Shown one piece after another: positions 55,726 to 64,000 of a stretch of 64,000 bases of DNA. The stretch's first letter is position 1, and every line of letters starts with the position of its first letter. The notes under the pieces were generated by a model. It did no database searches, had not been told where the DNA came from, and saw nothing but the letters and a program-made list of their open reading frames with translations. The stretch comes from Candidatus Poribacteria bacterium (GTDB taxonomy: Bacteria > Poribacteria > WGA-4E > WGA-3G), in contig OZ242029.1 of NCBI GenBank assembly GCA_965205015.1, positions 3,616,001-3,680,000 of the forward strand, written 5' to 3'. A program made the translations under genes and the position numbers.

Positions 55726-56976
55726 CTATGTATGACGGATGGCGTCAATGGGAGCCATTTTAGCGGCTTGACTGGCGGGATAGTAGCCGAAGAAGATACC
55801 TACCGCTGCACCCGCGCCGACGGAGATGAGAACGGCTTCGGGGGTCAGGACGGAGGGCCACGCCATTTCTGGTATAAACTTACCGACTATCCATGAGAAA
55901 CCTTGCCCCACGATAGAACCGAACGCGATACCGAGTAGACTCCCGATCAGACACAACAACACAGATTCCGTGAGGAACTGTAAACGGATGTCAAAACTTT
56001 TCGCGCCGACGGCTTTCCGTAATCCGATCTCAGGGATCCGTTCCGTCACTGAGACGAGCATAATGTTCAGGATACCGATACCGGCGACAATCAAGGACAC
56101 AGAAGCGATCACGACGAGTACTGATTCTATGATAAAGATCATTCTTTTCGCGTGTGCGATCCCCTTTTTCGCTGACCAGGTTCGGAAGAAGGTATCGTCA
56201 CCGCCGTGGTTGCGCATGATGATGGTCTTTACTTCTTTGAGTGCTTGATCCACGAGCAGCGGACTCTTGGCACGTACCATGATGTGTCCAACGTGGTCGT
56301 GTCCCCAAAACCGTTTCTGTGCGGTTGTAATGGGAATGAAGAGCATATTGTCATCGCTTTTGCCTCGCTCCAGGCCGTCTCCTCGACTCTCCATGATCCC
56401 GATAACCGTGAAACGTTTATTATTTCCGTGATTGTTGATGATGACTTCCTGACCGATCGGGTCCTGTCCTTTGAACTGTTCTTTCCAGATTTTGGAACCG
56501 ATGACACAGACTTTTGTCCAAGTGTCCATATCGGTATCGGCGAGGAATCTGCCGTACTCTGTGCGCCAGTCGCGAACGGCTTGGTATTCATTTGTCGTGG
56601 CGCGGAGATAGGTTTTTTGAAATTTTCCATCGACACCGAGGCTGATGTAGTAGCTCCCCTCGACCGTGGCGACCTCAACAGAGGGACATTCCGCTAAGAC
56701 ATCATGGAGGTCTTGCATCTCTAAGTGGTGTGGGCTGGTGTTGCGTTGCCAACGCCCGTTCTTGCGGATATATCCGGGTCGATAAACGCCGAACATGTTG
56801 GGACCCCCGATCTGGTTCACCTCCGCCATTAGGAGTTTCTCGGCACCGGCGCCGAAAGACATCATGGCGATTACCCCCGCAATACCGATCGTTATTCCTA
56901 AGAGCGTGAGAATCGTACGGAGTTTGCTCCCGCGAAGCACAGAAAACGCTGAGATAAGATTTTCCAGGATGTTCAT
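55726..56976 (-). CDS. MacB/FtsX-family ABC transporter permease, copy 1
   Basis: Same motifs; close paralog of the neighbouring gene. Confidence 0.92.
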   Translation of the reverse strand: MNILENLISAFSVLRGSKLRTILTLLGITIGIAGVIAMMSFGAGAEKLLMAEVNQIGGPNMFGVYRPGYIRKNGRWQRNTSPHHLEMQDLHDVLAECPSVEVATVEGSYYISLGVDGKFQKTYLRATTNEYQAVRDWRTEYGRFLADTDMDTWTKVCVIGSKIWKEQFKGQDPIGQEVIINNHGNNKRFTVIGIMESRGDGLERGKSDDNMLFIPITTAQKRFWGHDHVGHIMVRAKSPLLVDQALKEVKTIIMRNHGGDDTFFRTWSAKKGIAHAKRMIFIIESVLVVIASVSLIVAGIGILNIMLVSVTERIPEIGLRKAVGAKSFDIRLQFLTESVLLCLIGSLLGIAFGSIVGQGFSWIVGKFIPEMAWPSVLTPEAVLISVGAGAAVGIFFGYYPASQAAKMAPIDAIRHT

Positions 56977-57399
56977 TTTTTTTCCGTTTGGCGTAATATT
57001 TGTTCAGGGTTTGGGCATAAATTAGCAAAAACTTTTGATTGCATCAATTCTCAAGGTATGCTAAACTTTTTTCAATGAAAGATGGAGAGAACTCGGGAAC
57101 CGATACCGTTTCTTGATATTAAAGTATATCACAAAACGTTTAGAGGTTGCAAATCACTTTTTAACTGTGGGTCTCTGGGCACCGCTCCCTGTGCGAGTCT
57201 CTATAGGAAACCTGCAGGACACTGTACACGATGGTTTCTGGTGTATTCAAATTTCTTTCCATGTTTCCATTCCAGTTGGAATTGATCGAGAACCCGCTCG
57301 TAATGCAATTGGGTTTCCTTAAATGGCAGAATTTGTCTTTGCTTTACATGTGGAGAGCGGGGCAAGGGCTCCATAATTAAAAAATTAGGAGCGAAAGTT

Positions 57400-59253
57400 G
57401 TGCAGACGGTTCCTTTTGACGCGGGACACACGCTATTGTGGCGCGGGTCGCAAGAAGCAAGCGTACATCAAGCGGAATTAACCCGTTTGGTGCGACGCGG
57501 GGAACGCGCATGGGTTTTGCTACCGGCTGCGTTGTTAGAAACACGGTATCAATTGAACGCTGTGGAACAGTCCTTTGGTGATGTGGAACCAGCGACAGCG
57601 ATTCAGAGGAAACTCCGTCAATCTCAGTCGCGGAACGGAGTGGAGTACAATCAACACCACTTAATTGCACACCCCCAAGCGGATGCCCCCTGCTATAATA
57701 TCAGCGAGTATGTCCAGCGATGCATAGCAGGTGATCTTGAAATCGCGGAACGGCTTCGCGAACGGACGGTGATTCACCTGTACCAGACGGCATCGGCAAC
57801 GGAGGACCTTTTCGACAGGACGGAGGTTTCAGGGTTTATAGCACGCGTGTTGGTAGATTATTTAAAGCGCTACGGTAAAAATCATCTTATTGGGTTTACC
57901 TGTGAACTACCGAGATTTTTGTCCTTAGTAAACGTTCTAAGAAATGGTATAACGTCGGTGCCGTGGAGTCCTACACTGTTGGAGAGGACTGAGGAGACGC
58001 TTACAGCATATCTGCCCTTGATTTTCTATGAAACTTACAACTCGGCGGCAGTCAGGAACACATTTTGGAACGAGTTGACAACGCGATTCGCCACCTGTTT
58101 TCTGAGAGGTGTGCGCGATTTTTGTCATCAGGAAAAACTACAGTTCGCTTTAAGTCTCCCCGCGAGTGCAAAGGCACTGGAATTTGAGTTAGGGGCACTG
58201 TTGGCAGAAGTGGACTGCCCGATTCTAAACGCCACCGAAATAGATACACCGAAGCGACTCACCATTGCGAAATGGGTTTGTAGCAACACACAGTATGCTG
58301 GTATTTCACGAAAGGCATCCGAGAAAACGAGCAGACGAACGGTGTTTGAAGATGCGAGTCTCGGTTTCAATCTGTGGATAAATACGGAGCAGGCGGTAGC
58401 CCCGAAATCTTCTACGACAACGGAAAGATTATCACGCGGTTATCCAAAGAGACCGCTCCTTATGATCGCCCCGACACAGAGTCTCTGGACGAAACCTGAT
58501 GAGAAGCAGTGGAACGGATTGACGAAGGCGTGGGGATGGTTGTGTCAGAGTGTGTGGGAATTGGGATACGACTTCAGGATTGTCTCGGAGCAGGAACTGC
58601 GTTCAGCAGAAATAGCACAAAGCTCTGTAGGAAACCTGTGGGACGCTGCTGGCGGCATACGAAAACGGGGCAATCGGAGCGCGGGACTCAGTTTCCCGAA
58701 TGACCGAACAGACATTAAGGAAATTTATAAGGTTATTCTGCTTCCGAGTTGCATCTCGCTTCAAGAAGAGACGGTTAAACGTCTGAGCGGGTTCACGAAA
58801 GCGAAGGGGAGATTGATAGCGGACGAGCCGATTCCGTATTTGCTCAACGGCAGGATTGGACTTGAGCCGTATCCGCTGGAACACCTTATCTATGGGCGGC
58901 GGACAACTCTTCTACGGGGTCCACAAAACGAGAAAATTGAGAAGCTCAAAAAATGCCTTCAAAGATGGGTGGATCGTCCGATATCGGTGTATGTAAAGCC
59001 CAACAATGCCGTGGCAGATACCGTTCAGGTGCACCACCGAGGCGGGGCAAACTCTGAACGCTTTTATCTCTTCAATCACGGCGGTGAACCGATGGATGCC
59101 TTGATTGAAATGCCCTCCGTGGCGTCGCACGTTGCGGAATGGGATCTGTTTCAAGGCGTGGAAGAACGCGTTGATTTTTGGCACGCGAATGGAAAAACGT
59201 ATTTCAATAGTGCGTTTACAGTCAAACAGGGGCGACTTTTTGTGGTTTCGTAA
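57400..59253 (+). CDS. Hypothetical protein, possibly a degenerate glycoside hydrolase (GH106/GH42 trimerisation-like C-terminus)
   Basis: YGKNHLIGFTCELP, PWS..L, LGYDFRIVSE, YKVILLP and YLFN; GTG start with AGGAG RBS. Confidence 0.55.
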   Translation: MQTVPFDAGHTLLWRGSQEASVHQAELTRLVRRGERAWVLLPAALLETRYQLNAVEQSFGDVEPATAIQRKLRQSQSRNGVEYNQHHLIAHPQADAPCYNISEYVQRCIAGDLEIAERLRERTVIHLYQTASATEDLFDRTEVSGFIARVLVDYLKRYGKNHLIGFTCELPRFLSLVNVLRNGITSVPWSPTLLERTEETLTAYLPLIFYETYNSAAVRNTFWNELTTRFATCFLRGVRDFCHQEKLQFALSLPASAKALEFELGALLAEVDCPILNATEIDTPKRLTIAKWVCSNTQYAGISRKASEKTSRRTVFEDASLGFNLWINTEQAVAPKSSTTTERLSRGYPKRPLLMIAPTQSLWTKPDEKQWNGLTKAWGWLCQSVWELGYDFRIVSEQELRSAEIAQSSVGNLWDAAGGIRKRGNRSAGLSFPNDRTDIKEIYKVILLPSCISLQEETVKRLSGFTKAKGRLIADEPIPYLLNGRIGLEPYPLEHLIYGRRTTLLRGPQNEKIEKLKKCLQRWVDRPISVYVKPNNAVADTVQVHHRGGANSERFYLFNHGGEPMDALIEMPSVASHVAEWDLFQGVEERVDFWHANGKTYFNSAFTVKQGRLFVVS

Positions 59254-59297
59254 GATTTAAAGTCGCTTCTCATGTTAACAATATGAAAGGAGCAATT

Positions 59298-60857
59298 ATG
59301 ACGGGTGGAGATCTTTTTGTCGAATGTTTGAAAGCACAAGGTGTGAGTGTCATTTTCGGTTTGCCGGGCAACCATTTGGACACGGTTTATGAATCGTTAT
59401 ACAACAATCAGGACAGCATCGATCACTATGTCACACGGCATGAAGGTGGCGCATCATTTATGGCGGATGGTTACGCCCGCGCGACAGGCGATGTTGGTGT
59501 CTGTATGACTGTTCCGGGTCCCGGCTCAAACAACGCTTCTATCGGTATCGGTGAGGCAAATACAGCGTCTTCGCCGGTGCTTTGGATTACCGGACAGAAT
59601 CCATCCTACTTGGCATCACGGGACCCGAAGAAGAGTTTCCACGGGTTGGATCAGAGAGCTGCCTTCAGCACAATGACGAAACATCTGGAAATTGTGCATC
59701 GGGTAGACCAGATTCCGGGTGCCATTAATCGAAGTTTCAGTGCCTTACGTTCCGGTAGACCGGGACCTGTACTGATCGAGTTAGCGAAAGATGCGTTGGA
59801 TGCTGAAGCGGATTTTCCAGTTCCGCCCCGGAATAACGGTATTCAGACGACAGCGAGTCCCCAAGACGTAGATGCGGCACTATCATTGTTGAGCACCTCA
59901 GAACGTCCATTGATTATTGCGGGGGGTGGTATTAACCATACACGCGGCACTGCGGAGATACTGGAGTTCGCGGAGCTGCTGGACGCGCCCATCGTGATGA
60001 CGGGTTTTGGTAAAGGGTCGGTCCCTGAAGATTCACCGCATTCGATCGGTGTCTTCCGAGATGGTGTTTCCCAAGCGGCCATGGAAGCCTCCGACCTTAT
60101 TGTCGCTGTCGGCACTCGGTTTAACTACCGTGATACCGGCAACTGGAGCCTCAAGCTTCCGCAACCGTTGTTGCATATCGAAGCGGACGCAGAGGAAATT
60201 CACAAGGAATATCCTGCGACTGTCGGTATCGGTGCGAATCCGAAATTGGTTTTGCGTCAGTTGAACGCCGCGCTGCGCGACGAGAGACCGAAAGGGGGTT
60301 GGGGTGAAGGGTTACGTGAATTAAGACGACGATGGACAGCGGCTGAACGCCCTCGGATCCTCCAGGAGATGCGCGATGTGATGCCTCGCGATGCGATTTT
60401 GTCGGTTGACGTTAATATCACTGGCTATGGGGCATTAGCACATTTCCCGTGTTATCACCCGGGGAGTTATATCTTCTCCGGTGTATCTGTTGCAATGGGA
60501 ATCGGATTGACAGGTGCCATCGGTGCACAGGTTGCCTACCCAGAGCGGAAAGTCGTTGCGTTGAGTGGTGATGGTGGGTTTTTAATGACGTGTCCGGACT
60601 TTGCGACAGCGGTAATGTATAATCTACCCGTTGTGACGCTTGTGATGAACGATAATCAGTACACTTCGATTGAACGTGGACAACTCCGTCGCTTCGGCAA
60701 ACGGATCGGTGTCGAACTCGTCAACCCGGACTTCGTACAGTTTGCGGAATCGTTCGGCGCGGTTGGATTACGCGTTGAAGATCCAAGTGATTTTAGACCG
60801 ACGTTTGAAAAGGCACTCGCTTTGGACAGACCGGTTCTCCTTGAAGTGGTCAAGTAA
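59298..60857 (+). CDS. Thiamine pyrophosphate-dependent enzyme (acetolactate synthase-like)
   Basis: FGLPG, RHE...FMADGYAR, GPG, GRPGPV, GDGGF...ND and NPDF motifs. Confidence 0.9.
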   Translation: MTGGDLFVECLKAQGVSVIFGLPGNHLDTVYESLYNNQDSIDHYVTRHEGGASFMADGYARATGDVGVCMTVPGPGSNNASIGIGEANTASSPVLWITGQNPSYLASRDPKKSFHGLDQRAAFSTMTKHLEIVHRVDQIPGAINRSFSALRSGRPGPVLIELAKDALDAEADFPVPPRNNGIQTTASPQDVDAALSLLSTSERPLIIAGGGINHTRGTAEILEFAELLDAPIVMTGFGKGSVPEDSPHSIGVFRDGVSQAAMEASDLIVAVGTRFNYRDTGNWSLKLPQPLLHIEADAEEIHKEYPATVGIGANPKLVLRQLNAALRDERPKGGWGEGLRELRRRWTAAERPRILQEMRDVMPRDAILSVDVNITGYGALAHFPCYHPGSYIFSGVSVAMGIGLTGAIGAQVAYPERKVVALSGDGGFLMTCPDFATAVMYNLPVVTLVMNDNQYTSIERGQLRRFGKRIGVELVNPDFVQFAESFGAVGLRVEDPSDFRPTFEKALALDRPVLLEVVK

Positions 60858-60874
60858 TCTATAAGGAGTTTGAT

Positions 60875-62077
60875 ATGGCGAAAAAGATCGGTGTTCTAAC
60901 GGGTGGAGGCGATACGAGTGCTCTGAACGCCACCCTTAAAGGCATTGCGTTGAAAGCCGAGGAACTCGGTTTTGAACTGGTCGGATTCATGGAGGGGTGG
61001 CGCGGTGTCTTGAAGGGTGGACGGTACTTTACGCTGACGCCTGACCTGATTGATGAAAACCGGGGCGGGACGCTGCTAAAAAGTTCACGCACGAACCTGA
61101 TTAAAGATGGCAAATTGGATGAAGCGGTCAGCAATCTGAGAAAACTGGATATCAGCGGTCTGATTCCGATAGGCGGCGATGATACGTTGACGGTCGGTAC
61201 GGCGCTGTCGGATCAATTCACGACCACGTTCGTTACAAAGACGATTGATAACGATGTGGGTATCAATCCACCTGAAGGGGATGCCGTCGATTATTCTAAG
61301 ATGGTTAACTACTTCTGTCCCGGTTTCCCTTCATCAGCGAACAGTGTTATTAACTACGTCCGAGATCTGCGGACGACTACCTACTCCCATGATCGCGTGA
61401 TTGTTGTTGAGGCGATGGGGAGAGATGCGGGGTGGTTGACATTGTCTGCCGCTTATGGGCAGGCGGACCTCATCGTTGTTCCCGAGGTGCCGTATCAACC
61501 GGAGAAGTTGGCGGAAGCGATTCGCAAAAAACACGCTGAACAGGGAAATGTCATTGTTGTCGTATCTGAGGGTATCCGAAATGATGATGGGGAACTGATG
61601 ATTACCTCACAAGCGGAACTCGATGCTTTTGGGCATACGAAACCGGGAGGGTGTTCAGAGATTATCGTTGAGGCGATGAAGAAACTCCTTCCTGAAATTT
61701 CGAGCTCAGCGTTCCGAGCTTTGATACTCGGTTATCTCCAGCGGTGCGGTAGCCCGATTTCATTGGATAGAGATATTGCTATGAAGGCAGGCGCGATGGC
61801 GGTGCAGGCGCTCTCGGACGGTATGTTCAACGGTGTTGCGACGATTACGCGGACGGATGTCGGCATTGAACCGACCTTGTTGCCGTTGGACCAGGTGTTG
61901 AAACGGGATGCCTCTGGACATGTGATTCGGAGAAGTCTCGATCTACGGTTCTATGATGCGGAACAGTATCAGATGTCTCCAGCGGGTGCGGGATATTTCC
62001 GTCCGTTGTTCGGGGACTTACCGCGTCCGGATCGGTCGTTAGACGAGCGTTTGATTGAGATCGGTGAGATTGGGTAA
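60875..62077 (+). CDS. pfkA: 6-phosphofructokinase, probably PPi-dependent
   Basis: LTGGGD, GGT.L.SSR, GGDDT, KTIDND, EAMGR and LGYLQR motifs. Confidence 0.88.
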   Translation: MAKKIGVLTGGGDTSALNATLKGIALKAEELGFELVGFMEGWRGVLKGGRYFTLTPDLIDENRGGTLLKSSRTNLIKDGKLDEAVSNLRKLDISGLIPIGGDDTLTVGTALSDQFTTTFVTKTIDNDVGINPPEGDAVDYSKMVNYFCPGFPSSANSVINYVRDLRTTTYSHDRVIVVEAMGRDAGWLTLSAAYGQADLIVVPEVPYQPEKLAEAIRKKHAEQGNVIVVVSEGIRNDDGELMITSQAELDAFGHTKPGGCSEIIVEAMKKLLPEISSSAFRALILGYLQRCGSPISLDRDIAMKAGAMAVQALSDGMFNGVATITRTDVGIEPTLLPLDQVLKRDASGHVIRRSLDLRFYDAEQYQMSPAGAGYFRPLFGDLPRPDRSLDERLIEIGEIG

Positions 62078-62130
62078 GAATCAGGATTTTCAGTGAATGC
62101 AGGCGCGGTTTGAAACCGCGCCTTTCATTT

Positions 62131-62676
62131 TTAACTCCTTGTCTGAAAGGAAAATTGTTCCGCGACTACAAATCGGTCGTCCGTTTTAGGGGAGCGATAA
62201 ATCAGACTGATCGCTACCATTTCACACCGGACGGGTTGCCATTCGGTTTGGAGCCGCTCCTGTTCGGTGGGAAGGGATCGGTGAGGGAATTGCCCAACCG
62301 ATAGATGTGGATGAAAGCCGCCTGCGAATCGCGCCGTGTCGTCATAGTCAGGAAGGTGGTACATGAGTGTGCTGTGTAACCGCACAATCTCGTCTTCGGG
62401 GTCTGGCGTTAAGAACATGGTACACGACTTTCGGTGTCGGAAAGCATCAAAACGAGCGAGCGCAATAGAAAAGGGCGTTACCTGTTGTGCGGCGTTTGTG
62501 AGCGCGGGGATGACCGATGCAAAATCGTCACGTTCCGCGAACGGATAGAGCAGCGTTATGTGTGGCATCCATCGTTCAAAGTTTCGGTCGTAGATTCTGC
62601 GGATGGCTTGGATAGGGGGCTGCACCGATTCCGGTGGAATGAGGACAACGGCTGTGGTGTGGGTTTTGTTGGGCAT
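62131..62676 (-). CDS. 2H phosphoesterase (2'-5' RNA ligase family)
   Basis: PHITL and PHLSV HxT/S motifs. Confidence 0.85.
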   Translation of the reverse strand: MPNKTHTTAVVLIPPESVQPPIQAIRRIYDRNFERWMPHITLLYPFAERDDFASVIPALTNAAQQVTPFSIALARFDAFRHRKSCTMFLTPDPEDEIVRLHSTLMYHLPDYDDTARFAGGFHPHLSVGQFPHRSLPTEQERLQTEWQPVRCEMVAISLIYRSPKTDDRFVVAEQFSFQTRS

Positions 62677-62777
62677 AAATGAAATATGAATGTTTTTATC
62701 AATTCAATGTATTCATTTTTTGATTGAGAACCGGTGCGGTTGGAAACCGCACCTACCACTTGTGATCAGTAAAAGAA

Positions 62778-63578
62778 TTAACGACCGACGGACATTCCCC
62801 AGCGCCCACCATCAACATGAATGGTTTGCCCTGTGATGTAACAGGCATCATCGCTAAGAAGGAACGCTATAGCCGATGCGATCTCCTCCGGTCCACAGCG
62901 GCGTTTCATAATGCAGGAATTGATCGGTGTCTCCTCCAATTCCTTTTTGCGTGCGACAGGATCCGGTGCCCTCCCGAAGTGCATCTCTGTAACAACCCAA
63001 CCGGGTGCGACGGCGTTAACACGAATACCGTAGTCGACGAATTCATACGCCATTGTCTTCGTGAGAGAGACCAACGCGGATTTAATCGCATCGTAGACCC
63101 ATCCCCCGGGTCTGCCGAGATAACCGCCCTCCGATGAGAGATTGACGATCGCCGCTCCATCCTGTTTCAAAAGCGGTAACAGATGCTGCGTGATGACGAC
63201 CCAGCCGCGGAGTCCGATTGCGGTTTCGGGCTCCCAATTTGGAATCCATCCACCGTCTTCAATTTTTCCACCTCTCGCGATAGCGGCGTTATTGACCAGT
63301 ATATGGAGGGCAGAAAACTTGTCGGCGACTTCCTGCGCGGCGGCTTGGACACTTCCGTCATCGGCGAGATCGACTTCTATAAAAAGTGCCTTCCCACCTG
63401 CTTCTTGGATTTCGGCGACTGCTTGGTTCGCCATTTCGGCGTTGATGTCGGCGATGATGACGTGCGCGCCTTCAGCAGCGAGACGGTTCGCCGTTGCCCT
63501 GCCGATGCCGGAGGCACCGCCAGTGATCAATGCGACTTTATCTGTAAAACGGATTGTTCCCCATTGGTTTGTTTGCAT
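62778..63578 (-). CDS. SDR family oxidoreductase
   Basis: TGGASGIG, NNA, YDAIK, RVNAVAPG and VDGG motifs. Confidence 0.92.
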   Translation of the reverse strand: MQTNQWGTIRFTDKVALITGGASGIGRATANRLAAEGAHVIIADINAEMANQAVAEIQEAGGKALFIEVDLADDGSVQAAAQEVADKFSALHILVNNAAIARGGKIEDGGWIPNWEPETAIGLRGWVVITQHLLPLLKQDGAAIVNLSSEGGYLGRPGGWVYDAIKSALVSLTKTMAYEFVDYGIRVNAVAPGWVVTEMHFGRAPDPVARKKELEETPINSCIMKRRCGPEEIASAIAFLLSDDACYITGQTIHVDGGRWGMSVGR

Positions 63579-63672
63579 GATGTTGTAAATCCTTTTGTTG
63601 AGCCCTTAGCAATTAGCGATCGGCAGTCAGTGGTCAGCAATCAGCAGTATCGCGAGCATACAGAAACACCGG

Positions 63673-63746
63673 ATTTAGAATGTGCGGGTAGGCACAAGAC
63701 CTACTCCATTTAGAATGTGCGGGTAGGCACAAGACCTACCCCTACA
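63673..63746. repeat. 35-bp tandem duplication of a REP-containing unit
   Basis: atttagaatgtgcgggtaggcacaagacctac(t/c)cc x2. Confidence 0.85.
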
Positions 63747-63816
63747 GTGATTTTTCGGGATGGAATTACCGAAAAATTTATTGAAACTTCATGAAACCGC
63801 ACCTACCGGGTTTGGG

Positions 63817-64000
63817 TTACACGCCTGCGGCGAATCCACCATCGACGAGTAGGGAAGCACCGGTGACCCATTCTCCATCGTCGGAAGCGAAGAAAACTGC
63901 GGCGCGTCCGATGTCTCTCGGGAGCCCGAAACGTGGCAAAGCGGTTTTTTCTAAGGCTTCTTCAACCTGTTCGGGGGTGAGGTAGTCTTGGATTGACGTC
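63817..64000 (-). CDS. SDR family oxidoreductase, C-terminal fragment (start outside the window)
   Basis: Manual translation ...LPRFGLPRDIGRAAVFFASDDGEWVTGASLLVDGGFAAGV*. Confidence 0.8.
   Translation of the reverse strand, partial: TSIQDYLTPEQVEEALEKTALPRFGLPRDIGRAAVFFASDDGEWVTGASLLVDGGFAAGV

Noticed and set aside
56977-57399. About 420-bp divergent intergenic region as a possible ncRNA or riboswitch
   Set aside because: No recognisable conserved RNA motif by eye; an Rfam/Infernal scan would be needed
63673-63746. 35-bp direct repeat of CRISPR-like length
   Set aside because: Only two abutting copies with no spacer, and the unit contains a REP

Overview
Bacterial chromosomal window of about 50 CDS; no rRNA, tRNA or CRISPR array was seen. 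Gene content suggests Candidatus Poribacteria or a similar sponge symbiont, which is an inference. The clues are a giant membrane-anchored ECF sigma factor, PhyH, Gfo/Idh/MocA, sulfatase, LamG and Uma2 genes, secreted proteins ending in a shared 'V(E/D)xxGKLxxxWxx(I/L)K' tail, and dense GTAG-type REP and MITE repeats. Most genes are metabolic or housekeeping (argB, comEC, batC/batD, glmL-like, kdgK, PPi-type pfk, MacB permeases). The most notable region is a Type I R-M locus (hsdR-hsdS...hsdM, 31.1-39.1 kb) with five cargo genes between hsdS and hsdM. These are two toxin-less antitoxin-like ORFs, one sharing a peptide motif with an unusual HsdS C-terminal tail, and an AT-rich three-gene module (TIGR04255-family protein, a coupled acidic protein and a small ADP-ribosyltransferase-like protein). 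That module is my best candidate for an undescribed defence or toxin-antitoxin system. Other oddities are an orphan Type III Mod methyltransferase bracketed by near-identical 129-bp inverted MITE copies, a GlmU-like/LbH/DUF89 triple fusion abutting hsdM, three secreted paralogs each with its own near-consensus sigma70 promoter, a duplicated ECF-type promoter, and a 141-bp duplication of a gene 3' end.
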